Source: Minisyncoccota bacterium (GTDB lineage Bacteria; Patescibacteriota; Minisyncoccia; Minisyncoccales; JAQTPW01). From it: a DNA stretch of 64,000 bases. Below the pieces are notes generated by a model, which was not told where the DNA came from, ran no database searches, and saw only the letters and a list, made by a program, of their open reading frames with translations. The stretch is from NCBI GenBank assembly GCA_028712565.1, contig JAQTPW010000004.1, forward strand, positions 838 through 64,837. Direction: 5' to 3'. Both the position numbers and the translations under genes were made by a program. Of the stretch, positions 24,269-32,545 are shown one piece after another. The stretch's first letter is position 1. Each line of letters begins with the position of its first letter.

Positions 24269-25532
24269 AAAAATAAATCTAAAAAATGGCCTAAGGATTA
24301 TTACAGTTCCTGCAAAAAATACCCAGGCAGTGACAGTTTTGGTTTTAGTTGGGACGGGGTCTAAATATGAGACAAAAAAAATAAACGGAATCTCTCATTT
24401 TTTAGAACATATGTATTTTTCCGGGACAAAGAAAAGGCCTTCAACCATAGCTGTGGCTGAAACCTTGGACAAGGTGGGCGGGATTTATAACGCCTTTACT
24501 TCCGAAGAGTATACTGGATATTTTGCAAAAGTAGATTCTGCCTATTTTGAAATTGCCCTTGACTGGGTTTCCGATATATTTTTAAACAGCTTGCTTCCCG
24601 AAAAAGAACTTAAAAAAGAAAAGGGAGTGATAATTGAGGAAATTAACATGTATCAGGATCAGCCGATGAGCTATGTCAGGGTTTTATGGCAAAAAATTTT
24701 ATATGGGGATCAGCCAGCCGGCAGATCTGTTGCCGGAACAAAAGAAAGTGTTTCTGGGATCGAAAGGAAGGATTTATTAAATTATATGGAAAGCCAATAT
24801 GTGGCCAAAAACACTATTGTCTGTGTTGCCGGAAATATAAAGGAAGAGGAATCAATTGAAAAAGTTAAAAAATACTTTTCTAAAATGCGGGAAAGTTTGC
24901 CAAAGCCAAAACCCAAGGTTTTTGAAAAACAAACAAGGCCCGAAGTTTTAGCGCATTTTCGCCAAACTGACCAAACACATTTGTGTTTAGGGGCAAGGGC
25001 ATACAATATTTTTCATCCCAAAAGATATGCCCAAGAAATATTGGGGACGATTTTGGGCGGAGGAGGGATGATGAGTTCAAGATTATTTGAAGAAGTGAGG
25101 ACGAAATTGGGAATTGCCTACTATGTTGACACAGATATTGATGACAACACCGACACCGGATGTTTGGTAACTCAAGCCGGCGTTGACAATAGCAAAGTGG
25201 AAAAAGCGATTTCTACAATTTTAAGAGAGTATAAAAGAATTAGCCAAACGGAAGTCCCCAAAGCCGAGCTTAAAAAAGCAAAAGACAATATGAAAGGAAA
25301 GCTGTCTTTGCTTTTGGAAACTTCCGACGCCAAAGCCTCTTTTTATGCGGGCCAGGAACTTCTGGAGAAAAAAATATTAACACCGGAAAAAATCTTTGAA
25401 AAAATTGATAAAATTTCTGCAGATGATATTCTAAAGGTAGGAAGAGATATTTTCCAGCCCAAAAATTTGAATCTGGCTTTAATCGGGCCCTTTAAGGAAA
25501 AAGAGAAATTTGAAAGATTATTAAAGTTCTAA
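24261..25532 (+). CDS. M16-family (pitrilysin/insulinase-like) zinc peptidase
   Basis: HFLEHMYFSGT (HxxEH motif). The start is probably the ATG at 24261 (MYKKINLKNGLRIITVP), overlapping the upstream stop by 8 nt. Confidence 0.8.
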   Translation: MYKKINLKNGLRIITVPAKNTQAVTVLVLVGTGSKYETKKINGISHFLEHMYFSGTKKRPSTIAVAETLDKVGGIYNAFTSEEYTGYFAKVDSAYFEIALDWVSDIFLNSLLPEKELKKEKGVIIEEINMYQDQPMSYVRVLWQKILYGDQPAGRSVAGTKESVSGIERKDLLNYMESQYVAKNTIVCVAGNIKEEESIEKVKKYFSKMRESLPKPKPKVFEKQTRPEVLAHFRQTDQTHLCLGARAYNIFHPKRYAQEILGTILGGGGMMSSRLFEEVRTKLGIAYYVDTDIDDNTDTGCLVTQAGVDNSKVEKAISTILREYKRISQTEVPKAELKKAKDNMKGKLSLLLETSDAKASFYAGQELLEKKILTPEKIFEKIDKISADDILKVGRDIFQPKNLNLALIGPFKEKEKFERLLKF

Positions 25533-25535
25533 AAA

Positions 25536-26588
25536 ATGGAAGGTGAAAAAATTTTAGATATATCTTGGGGAACAATTTTTAAGATCGGGATGGGCATTTT
25601 TATTTTATATGCTCTTTACTCATTAAGAGATATTTTAATGTTGGTCATTTTCGCCCTGATTATTTCCTCTTTATTTAATCCAGCGATTGATTTTTTCACC
25701 AAAAAGAAAATACCAAGAATTTTGGCAGTCGGCCTGATCTATTTTATTGTCTTTGGGATTTTGGGGATTTTGATATATTTTTCTGCAAAAGACATAGCGG
25801 TGCCAAAACAAATCGGCGGCGAATCCGAATTCCAGCAAATTGCCCAAACCCTGCCCCAATATTTTAACAAGGCCTCTCCAGTATTAAAGAATTTATTTGG
25901 ACAAAATTTCGCAAATTTTGATACTTTTACAAAAGCAATACAGGGTTGGCTAAATAGTGCATCTTCCAGTATTTTTAACGCAATAGGAGCTATTTTCGGA
26001 GGAATTTTTTCATCGATAACTATTTTTTCGCTGGCAGTCTTTTTTTCTTTGGAAGAAAAAGGGATTGAAAAAACTATTTCTTTGCTTTTCCCCAAAAGAT
26101 ATGAAGCATATGTTTTAAGCATTTGGGAAAGAGTCCAAATAAGGGTTTCCGCTTGGTTTGGAACAAGGGTTTTGTCTTCAATTTTTGTCGGCATTTTGAC
26201 TTTTATTGCCTGCGAGATTTTAGCAATAGGGCACGCGGCCCCCTTCAGTTTATTGGCAGCGATAACAAACATTGTTCCAATTGTAGGTCCCCTTATCGCA
26301 GGTGCAATCATTGCGATTTTCGCAATATTGGGATCTTGGCAAAAGGCAATATTTTTTATAATTATTTTTACCCTCATTCATCAAATTGAAGGAAATATTT
26401 TAACTCCGCTTTTAACGAGAAAATTCATCGGAATGCCGCCAGTTTTGGTAATTATTGCCTTATTGGTAGGGGGAAAATTATGGGGAGGGTTGGGGGCTAT
26501 TCTTGCCATTCCGCTTTTTGGTATTTTAGTTGAATTTACAAAAGATTATTTGAAGAAAAAACGAGAAGAAAAAGTAGTTGTGCTGTAA
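25536..26588 (+). CDS. AI-2E family transporter (PerM/UPF0118)
   Basis: About 8 TM helices with the conserved C-terminal IHQIEGNILTPLL...PPVLVIIALL block. Confidence 0.75.
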   Translation: MEGEKILDISWGTIFKIGMGIFILYALYSLRDILMLVIFALIISSLFNPAIDFFTKKKIPRILAVGLIYFIVFGILGILIYFSAKDIAVPKQIGGESEFQQIAQTLPQYFNKASPVLKNLFGQNFANFDTFTKAIQGWLNSASSSIFNAIGAIFGGIFSSITIFSLAVFFSLEEKGIEKTISLLFPKRYEAYVLSIWERVQIRVSAWFGTRVLSSIFVGILTFIACEILAIGHAAPFSLLAAITNIVPIVGPLIAGAIIAIFAILGSWQKAIFFIIIFTLIHQIEGNILTPLLTRKFIGMPPVLVIIALLVGGKLWGGLGAILAIPLFGILVEFTKDYLKKKREEKVVVL

Positions 26589-26597
26589 ATTAATTTA

Positions 26598-27305
26598 ATG
26601 CCTGTTTTTTACATTGTTGCGACTCCAATTGGAAACTTAAAAGATATCAGCCTCCGCGCCATAGACGCATTAAAGGAGGTTGATTTAATTTTATGTGAGG
26701 ATACGAGAATGACTCAAAAACTACTGGAGAGGTATGAAATAAAAAAGCCGCTTTTGAGTTATCATCAGCACTCGGAATTGCAAAAAATAGATTATATTAT
26801 CAAGATTTTAAAAGCCGGAAAAAATTTAGCATTAGTGTCAGATGCTGGGACCCCCGGCATTTCTGACCCGGGAAATAAATTAATTGAGGAATTGGGAAAA
26901 AACAAAATTGAAGATTTAAAAATAATTCCTATCCCTGGGCCTTCGGCATTGATTTCTGCAATTTCTATTTCTGGTTTTCCAATGGACAGGTTTTTATTTT
27001 TGGGTTTTCCCCCAGCTAAAAATAAAAGGAAAAAATTCTTTGAAGAAGTTATAAATTCGAAATACCCCGTAATTTTTTACGAGTCGCCTTATCGAATTCT
27101 TAAAACCTTAAAAGAATTGTGCAAAACTCACCTTACGTACAATTGTAGCCATGGCTACAATTGTACGGCAAGTGAGGTTGTTGTTTGCCGGGAATTGACG
27201 AAAAAATTCGAGACAATTTATCGAGGAGAAATATCCGAAGTGATTGAAAAAATAGAAAAAGATAAAATCTTAGGAGAATTTACTGTAATCGTAAAAAATA
27301 AATAG
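26598..27305 (+). CDS. rsmI: 16S rRNA (cytidine1402-2'-O)-methyltransferase
   Basis: YIVATPIGNLKDISLRAIDALKEVDLILCEDTR, SDAGTPGISDPG, RELTKKFE. Confidence 0.85.
   Translation: MPVFYIVATPIGNLKDISLRAIDALKEVDLILCEDTRMTQKLLERYEIKKPLLSYHQHSELQKIDYIIKILKAGKNLALVSDAGTPGISDPGNKLIEELGKNKIEDLKIIPIPGPSALISAISISGFPMDRFLFLGFPPAKNKRKKFFEEVINSKYPVIFYESPYRILKTLKELCKTHLTYNCSHGYNCTASEVVVCRELTKKFETIYRGEISEVIEKIEKDKILGEFTVIVKNK
27127..27176. repeat. 50-bp near-perfect palindrome in-frame in rsmI
   Basis: 22 of 25 arm positions pair, centred on GCCATGGC at 27148-27155. Encodes HLTYNCSHGYNCTASEV just before the conserved RELTK block. Confidence 0.85.
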
Positions 27306-27744
27306 AAATTAAAATTACTAAAACTTGGCTAAGAATTCTCACAAAGACGGGAATTTTTTTATTACTGAAAAAATGCACCTTAAGGTGAAAATTAAAAATT
27401 ATTTTAAAAAGTTTAAATTTTAATAATTTTGGGAAAAATAAAAAAATATTGTCAAAATCCGGCAAAATTGCCAAAAAACCGCCTAAAAAAGCCAAAGATT
27501 TATTTTTAGATATAAAAAGCAAAATTAATCCTCCTATTAAAAAATCTGCAGCTACTTTTACAGAATCCGCTGCCAAATTTTTCTTAATTTCATCGGGATT
27601 GGCTTTTGAAGAACTAATATATTCTATATGAGGGATAAAATCCAAAAAGTAATGGGAGACAAAAGCTAAAAACAGCCCCAAAAACACATTTGGGTTTTTT
27701 GTCGCCAAGGTTGCTCCGGCTAAGAGATGGACAGTTGCAATCAT
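27280..27744 (-). CDS. membrane protein, possibly a YdjM/DUF457-like metal-dependent hydrolase
   Basis: Four or five TM helices with His-rich motifs (HLLAG, SHYFLDFIPH). The 3' end overlaps convergent rsmI by 26 nt. Confidence 0.35.
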   Translation of the reverse strand: MIATVHLLAGATLATKNPNVFLGLFLAFVSHYFLDFIPHIEYISSSKANPDEIKKNLAADSVKVAADFLIGGLILLFISKNKSLAFLGGFLAILPDFDNIFLFFPKLLKFKLFKIIFNFHLKVHFFSNKKIPVFVRILSQVLVILISIYFLRLQ

Positions 27745-27769
27745 GATATCTAAGGATTATATATAAATA

Positions 27770-27778
27770 TGATACAAT
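27770..27778 (+). promoter_or_regulatory. extended -10 element TGATACAAT upstream of metG
   Basis: TGnTAnAAT motif 35 nt upstream of the metG ATG. Confidence 0.3.
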
Positions 27779-27812
27779 AATCTAAATTATACAAGATTTT
27801 TGTTAATATATT

Positions 27813-29246
27813 ATGGCAAAAAATAAGTTTTATATCACAACCAGTATAGCTTACACCAATGCCCAACCTCATTTGGGATATGCTTTGGAATTGATTCAAG
27901 CAGATGTTTTAGCAAGATACAACCGGATTCAAAATAACGATGTTTTCTTTTTGACCGGAACTGACGAACATGGACAAAAAGTTGTAAAAGCAGCCGAGGC
28001 AGCAGGCAAATCGCCCGAAGAATTTACTGATGAAATTTCAGAAAAATTCAGGTCTTTAAAGTCGGTTTTAAATCTATCAAATAATGATTTTATAAGAACC
28101 ACCGATCAGATCCTTCACTGGCCAAAAGTTAAAGAAATTTGGTTGGAAATTAAAAAAAACGGGGATATTTACAAAAAAGAATACGAAGGTTTATATTGTG
28201 TCGGTTGCGAGGCGTTTATTACAAAAAAAGATTTAGTTTCCGGGAAATGCAAAATTCACCAAAAAGAGCCGGAAGTTATTAAAGAAGAAAATTATTTTTT
28301 CAAGCTCTCAAAATATTCAAAAGAAATAGAGAAAATTTTAGAAAAAGACGCAGTTAAAATAATCCCAAAAGAAAGGAAGAATGAAATGTTAAGTTTTGTC
28401 AGGCAGGGCTTGGAAGATGTCAGTTTTTCAAGACCGAGGAAGGATTTAAAATGGGGAATACCTGTTCCCGACGACGATTCTCAAACCATATATGTCTGGG
28501 CAGATGCTCTTGTGAATTATCTTTCGGCTTTGGAATATCCAAACGGCCAAAAATTTAAAGAATACTGGCCGCCAGATATTCAGTGTTTGGGAAAAGATAT
28601 TTTAAGATTCCATTCCACTATTTGGCTTGGCATGCTTTTATCTCTAAAATTAGCATTACCTAAAAACATTTTTGTCCATGGATTTATAACTTCAAGCGGC
28701 CAAAAAATGTCAAAATCATTGGGAAACGTGATTGATCCGATTGAATTGGTTAAAAATTATGGGAAGGATTCAGTCCGCTATTTCCTTTTGAAGGAAATTC
28801 CGTCTTCAGAAGATGGAGATTTTACTTATGAAAAATTTAAAGAAAGATACAATGCCGATTTAGCTGGGGGTTTGGGAAATTTAACAGCAAGAGTAATTAA
28901 ACTTGCCGAAATTTCCAATTATCAATTTTCAATTTCCAATAAATTTTCAAACTCTAATTTTCAAAAAGAGATCACTAAAGCGCAGAAAGATTACCAGAGA
29001 TTCTTAAATGGTTTTAAATTTAACGAAGCGTTGGGGACGGCTTGGAAGCTAATAACTTATTGCGATAAAGTTGTTAATGAAGAAAAGCCTTGGGAAGGTG
29101 GAAAGGAAAAAATAATTGAAGATTTATTAAGGGTAATCTCTGAAATTTCTAATTTATTAAAGCCTTTTTTACCCGAAACCTCAGAGAAAATATTTGAGCA
29201 GTTGAAAACCAAAAAAAGCGAATCATTATTTCCTCGTTTAAAATGA
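27813..29246 (+). CDS. metG: methionine--tRNA ligase (short form)
   Basis: ITTSIAYTNAQPHLGYALE, zinc knuckle CVGCEAF...CKIH, KMSKSLGN. Confidence 0.9.
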   Translation: MAKNKFYITTSIAYTNAQPHLGYALELIQADVLARYNRIQNNDVFFLTGTDEHGQKVVKAAEAAGKSPEEFTDEISEKFRSLKSVLNLSNNDFIRTTDQILHWPKVKEIWLEIKKNGDIYKKEYEGLYCVGCEAFITKKDLVSGKCKIHQKEPEVIKEENYFFKLSKYSKEIEKILEKDAVKIIPKERKNEMLSFVRQGLEDVSFSRPRKDLKWGIPVPDDDSQTIYVWADALVNYLSALEYPNGQKFKEYWPPDIQCLGKDILRFHSTIWLGMLLSLKLALPKNIFVHGFITSSGQKMSKSLGNVIDPIELVKNYGKDSVRYFLLKEIPSSEDGDFTYEKFKERYNADLAGGLGNLTARVIKLAEISNYQFSISNKFSNSNFQKEITKAQKDYQRFLNGFKFNEALGTAWKLITYCDKVVNEEKPWEGGKEKIIEDLLRVISEISNLLKPFLPETSEKIFEQLKTKKSESLFPRLK

Positions 29247-29249
29247 CTT

Positions 29250-30068
29250 ATGCTAATTGATACTCATGCTCATGTAAATTTTAATGCTTTCAAGGATGAT
29301 GTTGATGAGGTGACAAGGAGGACTTTAAATAATGATGCTTGGATGATAAATGTGGGTTCCCAGTACGATACAAGCAAAAGGGCTATAGGGCTTTCTCAAA
29401 AATATCCAGAAGGAGTTTATGCTTCAGTAGGTCTTCATCCGATACATTTGGCCGGCGGGATTTTTAAAACAAAAATTGATACAGAAGAAATAGAATTTAA
29501 AACCAGAGAAGAAAATTTTGATTACAATAAATACAAGGGATTGGCAAAGTCAGAAAAAGTTGTCGCTATCGGCGAAATTGGTTTGGATTATTATTACAAA
29601 CCAAAAACAAAAATTAGGTTAGATTTATTTAAAAATCTGCAAAAAGAAATTCTTCTAAAACAGATAGATTTAGCAAAAGAATTAAATCTGCCAATAATTT
29701 TTCACTGCCGGATGGCGCACGACGATCTAATTCAAATTTTAGAAAATATTAAGGGAATTTTTGGAGTAATACATTGTTTTACTGGAAACTTAGAAGAAGC
29801 CAAAAAATATTTAGAAATGGGTTTTTATTTAGGGCTTAATGGCATAATTTTTAAGCTAAATCTTGATGAAGTAATAAAAAATACGCCCCTAGATAAGATT
29901 TTGGTCGAAACAGATTGTCCTTATTTGACACCGCCGCCGATGGCTGGCAGAAATGAGCCGTTGTATGTAAAATATGTGGTCGAAAAAATAGCGAATTTAA
30001 AAAATTTAAGCATTGAAGAGATAACTAAAATTACAACCCAAAATGCAAAAAAACTATTCAAAATATAA
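29250..30068 (+). CDS. tatD: TatD-family metal-dependent hydrolase
   Basis: LIDTHAHVNF, IGEIGLDYYY, IFHCR, VETDCPYLTP. Confidence 0.85.
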   Translation: MLIDTHAHVNFNAFKDDVDEVTRRTLNNDAWMINVGSQYDTSKRAIGLSQKYPEGVYASVGLHPIHLAGGIFKTKIDTEEIEFKTREENFDYNKYKGLAKSEKVVAIGEIGLDYYYKPKTKIRLDLFKNLQKEILLKQIDLAKELNLPIIFHCRMAHDDLIQILENIKGIFGVIHCFTGNLEEAKKYLEMGFYLGLNGIIFKLNLDEVIKNTPLDKILVETDCPYLTPPPMAGRNEPLYVKYVVEKIANLKNLSIEEITKITTQNAKKLFKI

Positions 30069-30849
30069 AAATGGACCCGAAATCGCAATAATTGGCGGGA
30101 CTGGTGTTTATGACCCGTCAATTTTTAAAAAAGAAAAAGAAGTAATAATTAAAACTCCTTATGGTAATCCCTCTTCGCCAATTGAAATAGGCAGCTTTTT
30201 GGGTAAAAGAATTGCTTTCCTTGCTAGACATGGGAAAAGGCATCAGTTTCCTCCTCATTTAGTTCCTCAGAAAGCTAATATTTTTGCCCTAAAAGAGTTA
30301 GGAGTAGAAAGAATAATAGGGATATGCGCTGTTGGTTCGCTGAAAGAAGAATTTAAGCCAGGTGATATCGTTATTAATGATCAATTTATTGATTTCACAA
30401 AAAAAAGAAATTACACTTTTTACGACAAAGAGGCAGTTCATATTTCTTTAGCTGATCCATTTTGTCCAGAAATGCGAAAATTATTTATAAAAGAAGCTAA
30501 AAATGCGCATATGCCCATTCATAACGATGGAACTTACTTTTGTATTGAGGGGCCGAGATTTTCAACAAGAGCCGAATCTAAATTTTTCAGAAATTTCGCC
30601 GATATTATTGGTATGACATTAATGCCTGAGGCGGCACTGGCTAGAGAGAAAGAAATTTGTTATTTATCGTTAGGGATGATAACAGATTACGATGTTTGGC
30701 AAGAAAATCCAGTTTCAGCAAATGAGGTTGTAAAAACAATGAAAGAAAATTTAGAGAAAATAAAAGAATTATTGAAATTATCAATTCCTAAAATAAACGA
30801 AAAAAGAAGCTGCTTTTGCGAGACTGCATTAAAAAATGCAAAACTCTAA
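30043..30849 (+). CDS. mtnP: S-methyl-5'-thioadenosine phosphorylase / purine nucleoside phosphorylase family
   Basis: IAIIGGTGVYD, FLARHGKRHQFPPHLVPQKANIFALKELGV, GMTLMPEAALAREKEICY. Confidence 0.7.
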   Translation: MQKNYSKYKNGPEIAIIGGTGVYDPSIFKKEKEVIIKTPYGNPSSPIEIGSFLGKRIAFLARHGKRHQFPPHLVPQKANIFALKELGVERIIGICAVGSLKEEFKPGDIVINDQFIDFTKKRNYTFYDKEAVHISLADPFCPEMRKLFIKEAKNAHMPIHNDGTYFCIEGPRFSTRAESKFFRNFADIIGMTLMPEAALAREKEICYLSLGMITDYDVWQENPVSANEVVKTMKENLEKIKELLKLSIPKINEKRSCFCETALKNAKL

Positions 30850-32467
30850 TAAAAAAATCATAGAGGGAAATATTTGTGATTTGGACAAGGAAAAATTTTT
30901 TTCCGGCAGAATTCATATTAAAAACGGGAATATTTCAAAAATAGAAAAGAGTTCAAAAAAATATAAAAATTATATATTGCCGGGGTTCATCGACTCTCAC
31001 TGCCACATTGAGAGCTCTTTTTTGTCTCCGCAGCTTTTTGCTTCTTTAGCTGTTTCTCACGGTACGGTTTGCGTTATTGCCGACTCTCATGAAATCGCTA
31101 ATGTTTTTGGCGAAAAAGGAATTTTATGGATGCTAAAATCGGCCAAGGGGTTCCCTTTTAAATTTTTTTGGGCGTTGCCTTCCTGTGTGCCGGCAACTCC
31201 TTTTGAAACTACTCCAAATAAGATTGGGATAGCAGAAACTAAAAAATTATTGAGGAAAAAAGAATTTTTTTCTTTGGGAGAAATGATGAATTATCCGGGA
31301 GTAATTTATGAAGACAAGGAGGTTTTAGAAAAAATTAAGATTGCAAAAGGACTCAAAAAACCGATTGACGGCCATTGTCCCGGATTGTCGGGCAAAGATT
31401 TAGAAAAATATATTTCTGCTGGTATATCCACGGATCATGAATGCACGAATTTGAAAGAGGCAAAAGAAAAACAAAAATCAGGGATGATAATCCAAATTAG
31501 GGAAAGTTCTTCGGCAAAAAACTTAAAAGATTTGATTGGCCTCGATTACGATAAATGCTTTTTAGTTACCGACGATATAGATGTTAAAGATTTATTAGAG
31601 GGTCATCTTAATGAAAATATTAAGAAAGCAATAAAGTTAGGCGTGCCATTTTTTAAGGCGATAAAAATGGCGACAATTCTGCCGGCAAAACATTATGATT
31701 TGAATTTTGGGGAAATAAAAGTTGGCAGAGAAGCGAACCTTGCAGAATTTAAAAATTTAAAGGATTTTGCACCCGAAAGGGTTTGGGTAGGAGGAGAGCT
31801 TGTATTCCAAAATAATAAAGTTTTATTTCCAGTAAAAACAATAAAATTGGATACTAATATAAAAGTAAAAAATAAGAGACCGGGAGATTTTAAAATAAAA
31901 ACCGACAAGAAAAAGATGAAAATAGCTGTAATTCAAATTATTCCAAATCAAATTATAACAAAAGAAAATATTTTGGAAGTAAAACCAAAAAACGGCTTAT
32001 TGGGGCCGGATCTAAAAAAAGATATTTTAAAAATCGCAGTCATTAATCGTTATGGCAAAGAATATATTGGTTTGGGATTTGTTCGAGGGTTTGGGATAAA
32101 AAGTGGAGCTTTTGCATCATCAATTGCCCACGACTCGCATAATTTAATTTGCGTCGGCACAAACGATAAAGATATGGCGCGGGCAATTAATATCTTAAGG
32201 GTTGAGGGCGGATTTGTTTTTGTTGATAAAAACAAAGTTTATAAGGTTAAACTGCCCCTTGCTGGCTTAATGACTAACGAAAACCCCCTGCGGCTTAAAA
32301 ATAAAATTGAAAGATTAGAACGAGGATTAAAAAGGGCTGGTTGTAAGATAGAGAATCCTTTATCCCAAATTGTTTTTTTAGCATTGGTGGTTATCCCGGA
32401 ATTAAAAATTTCCGATAAAGGATTATTCGACGTAAAAAAATTCCAATTCAAGAGTTTAATTGTTTAG
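30836..32467 (+). CDS. ade: adenine deaminase
   Basis: GFIDSHCHIESS, DSHEIANVFGEKGI, PSCVPAT, LGEMMNYPGV, DGHCPGLSGKDL, TDHECT. Overlaps mtnP by 14 nt. Confidence 0.8.
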   Translation: MQNSNKKIIEGNICDLDKEKFFSGRIHIKNGNISKIEKSSKKYKNYILPGFIDSHCHIESSFLSPQLFASLAVSHGTVCVIADSHEIANVFGEKGILWMLKSAKGFPFKFFWALPSCVPATPFETTPNKIGIAETKKLLRKKEFFSLGEMMNYPGVIYEDKEVLEKIKIAKGLKKPIDGHCPGLSGKDLEKYISAGISTDHECTNLKEAKEKQKSGMIIQIRESSSAKNLKDLIGLDYDKCFLVTDDIDVKDLLEGHLNENIKKAIKLGVPFFKAIKMATILPAKHYDLNFGEIKVGREANLAEFKNLKDFAPERVWVGGELVFQNNKVLFPVKTIKLDTNIKVKNKRPGDFKIKTDKKKMKIAVIQIIPNQIITKENILEVKPKNGLLGPDLKKDILKIAVINRYGKEYIGLGFVRGFGIKSGAFASSIAHDSHNLICVGTNDKDMARAINILRVEGGFVFVDKNKVYKVKLPLAGLMTNENPLRLKNKIERLERGLKRAGCKIENPLSQIVFLALVVIPELKISDKGLFDVKKFQFKSLIV

Positions 32468-32545
32468 GTATCCTATTAAAAGAAGAGAAATTCCGGCTTG
32501 AAAGGGCCGATTTTTTGTGGTAAATTAGAGAATACAAATCAAAAA

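Noticed and set aside
25739-26377. Long antisense ORFs inside recognised genes (212 aa in the AI-2E transporter; also 60091-60552 in ychF, 18749-19165 in ileS, 51795-52181 in glyA, 7666-8055, 1576-1959)
   Set aside because: The sense strands carry clear family signatures. The antisense ORFs have no SD and show low-complexity, composition-driven sequence.
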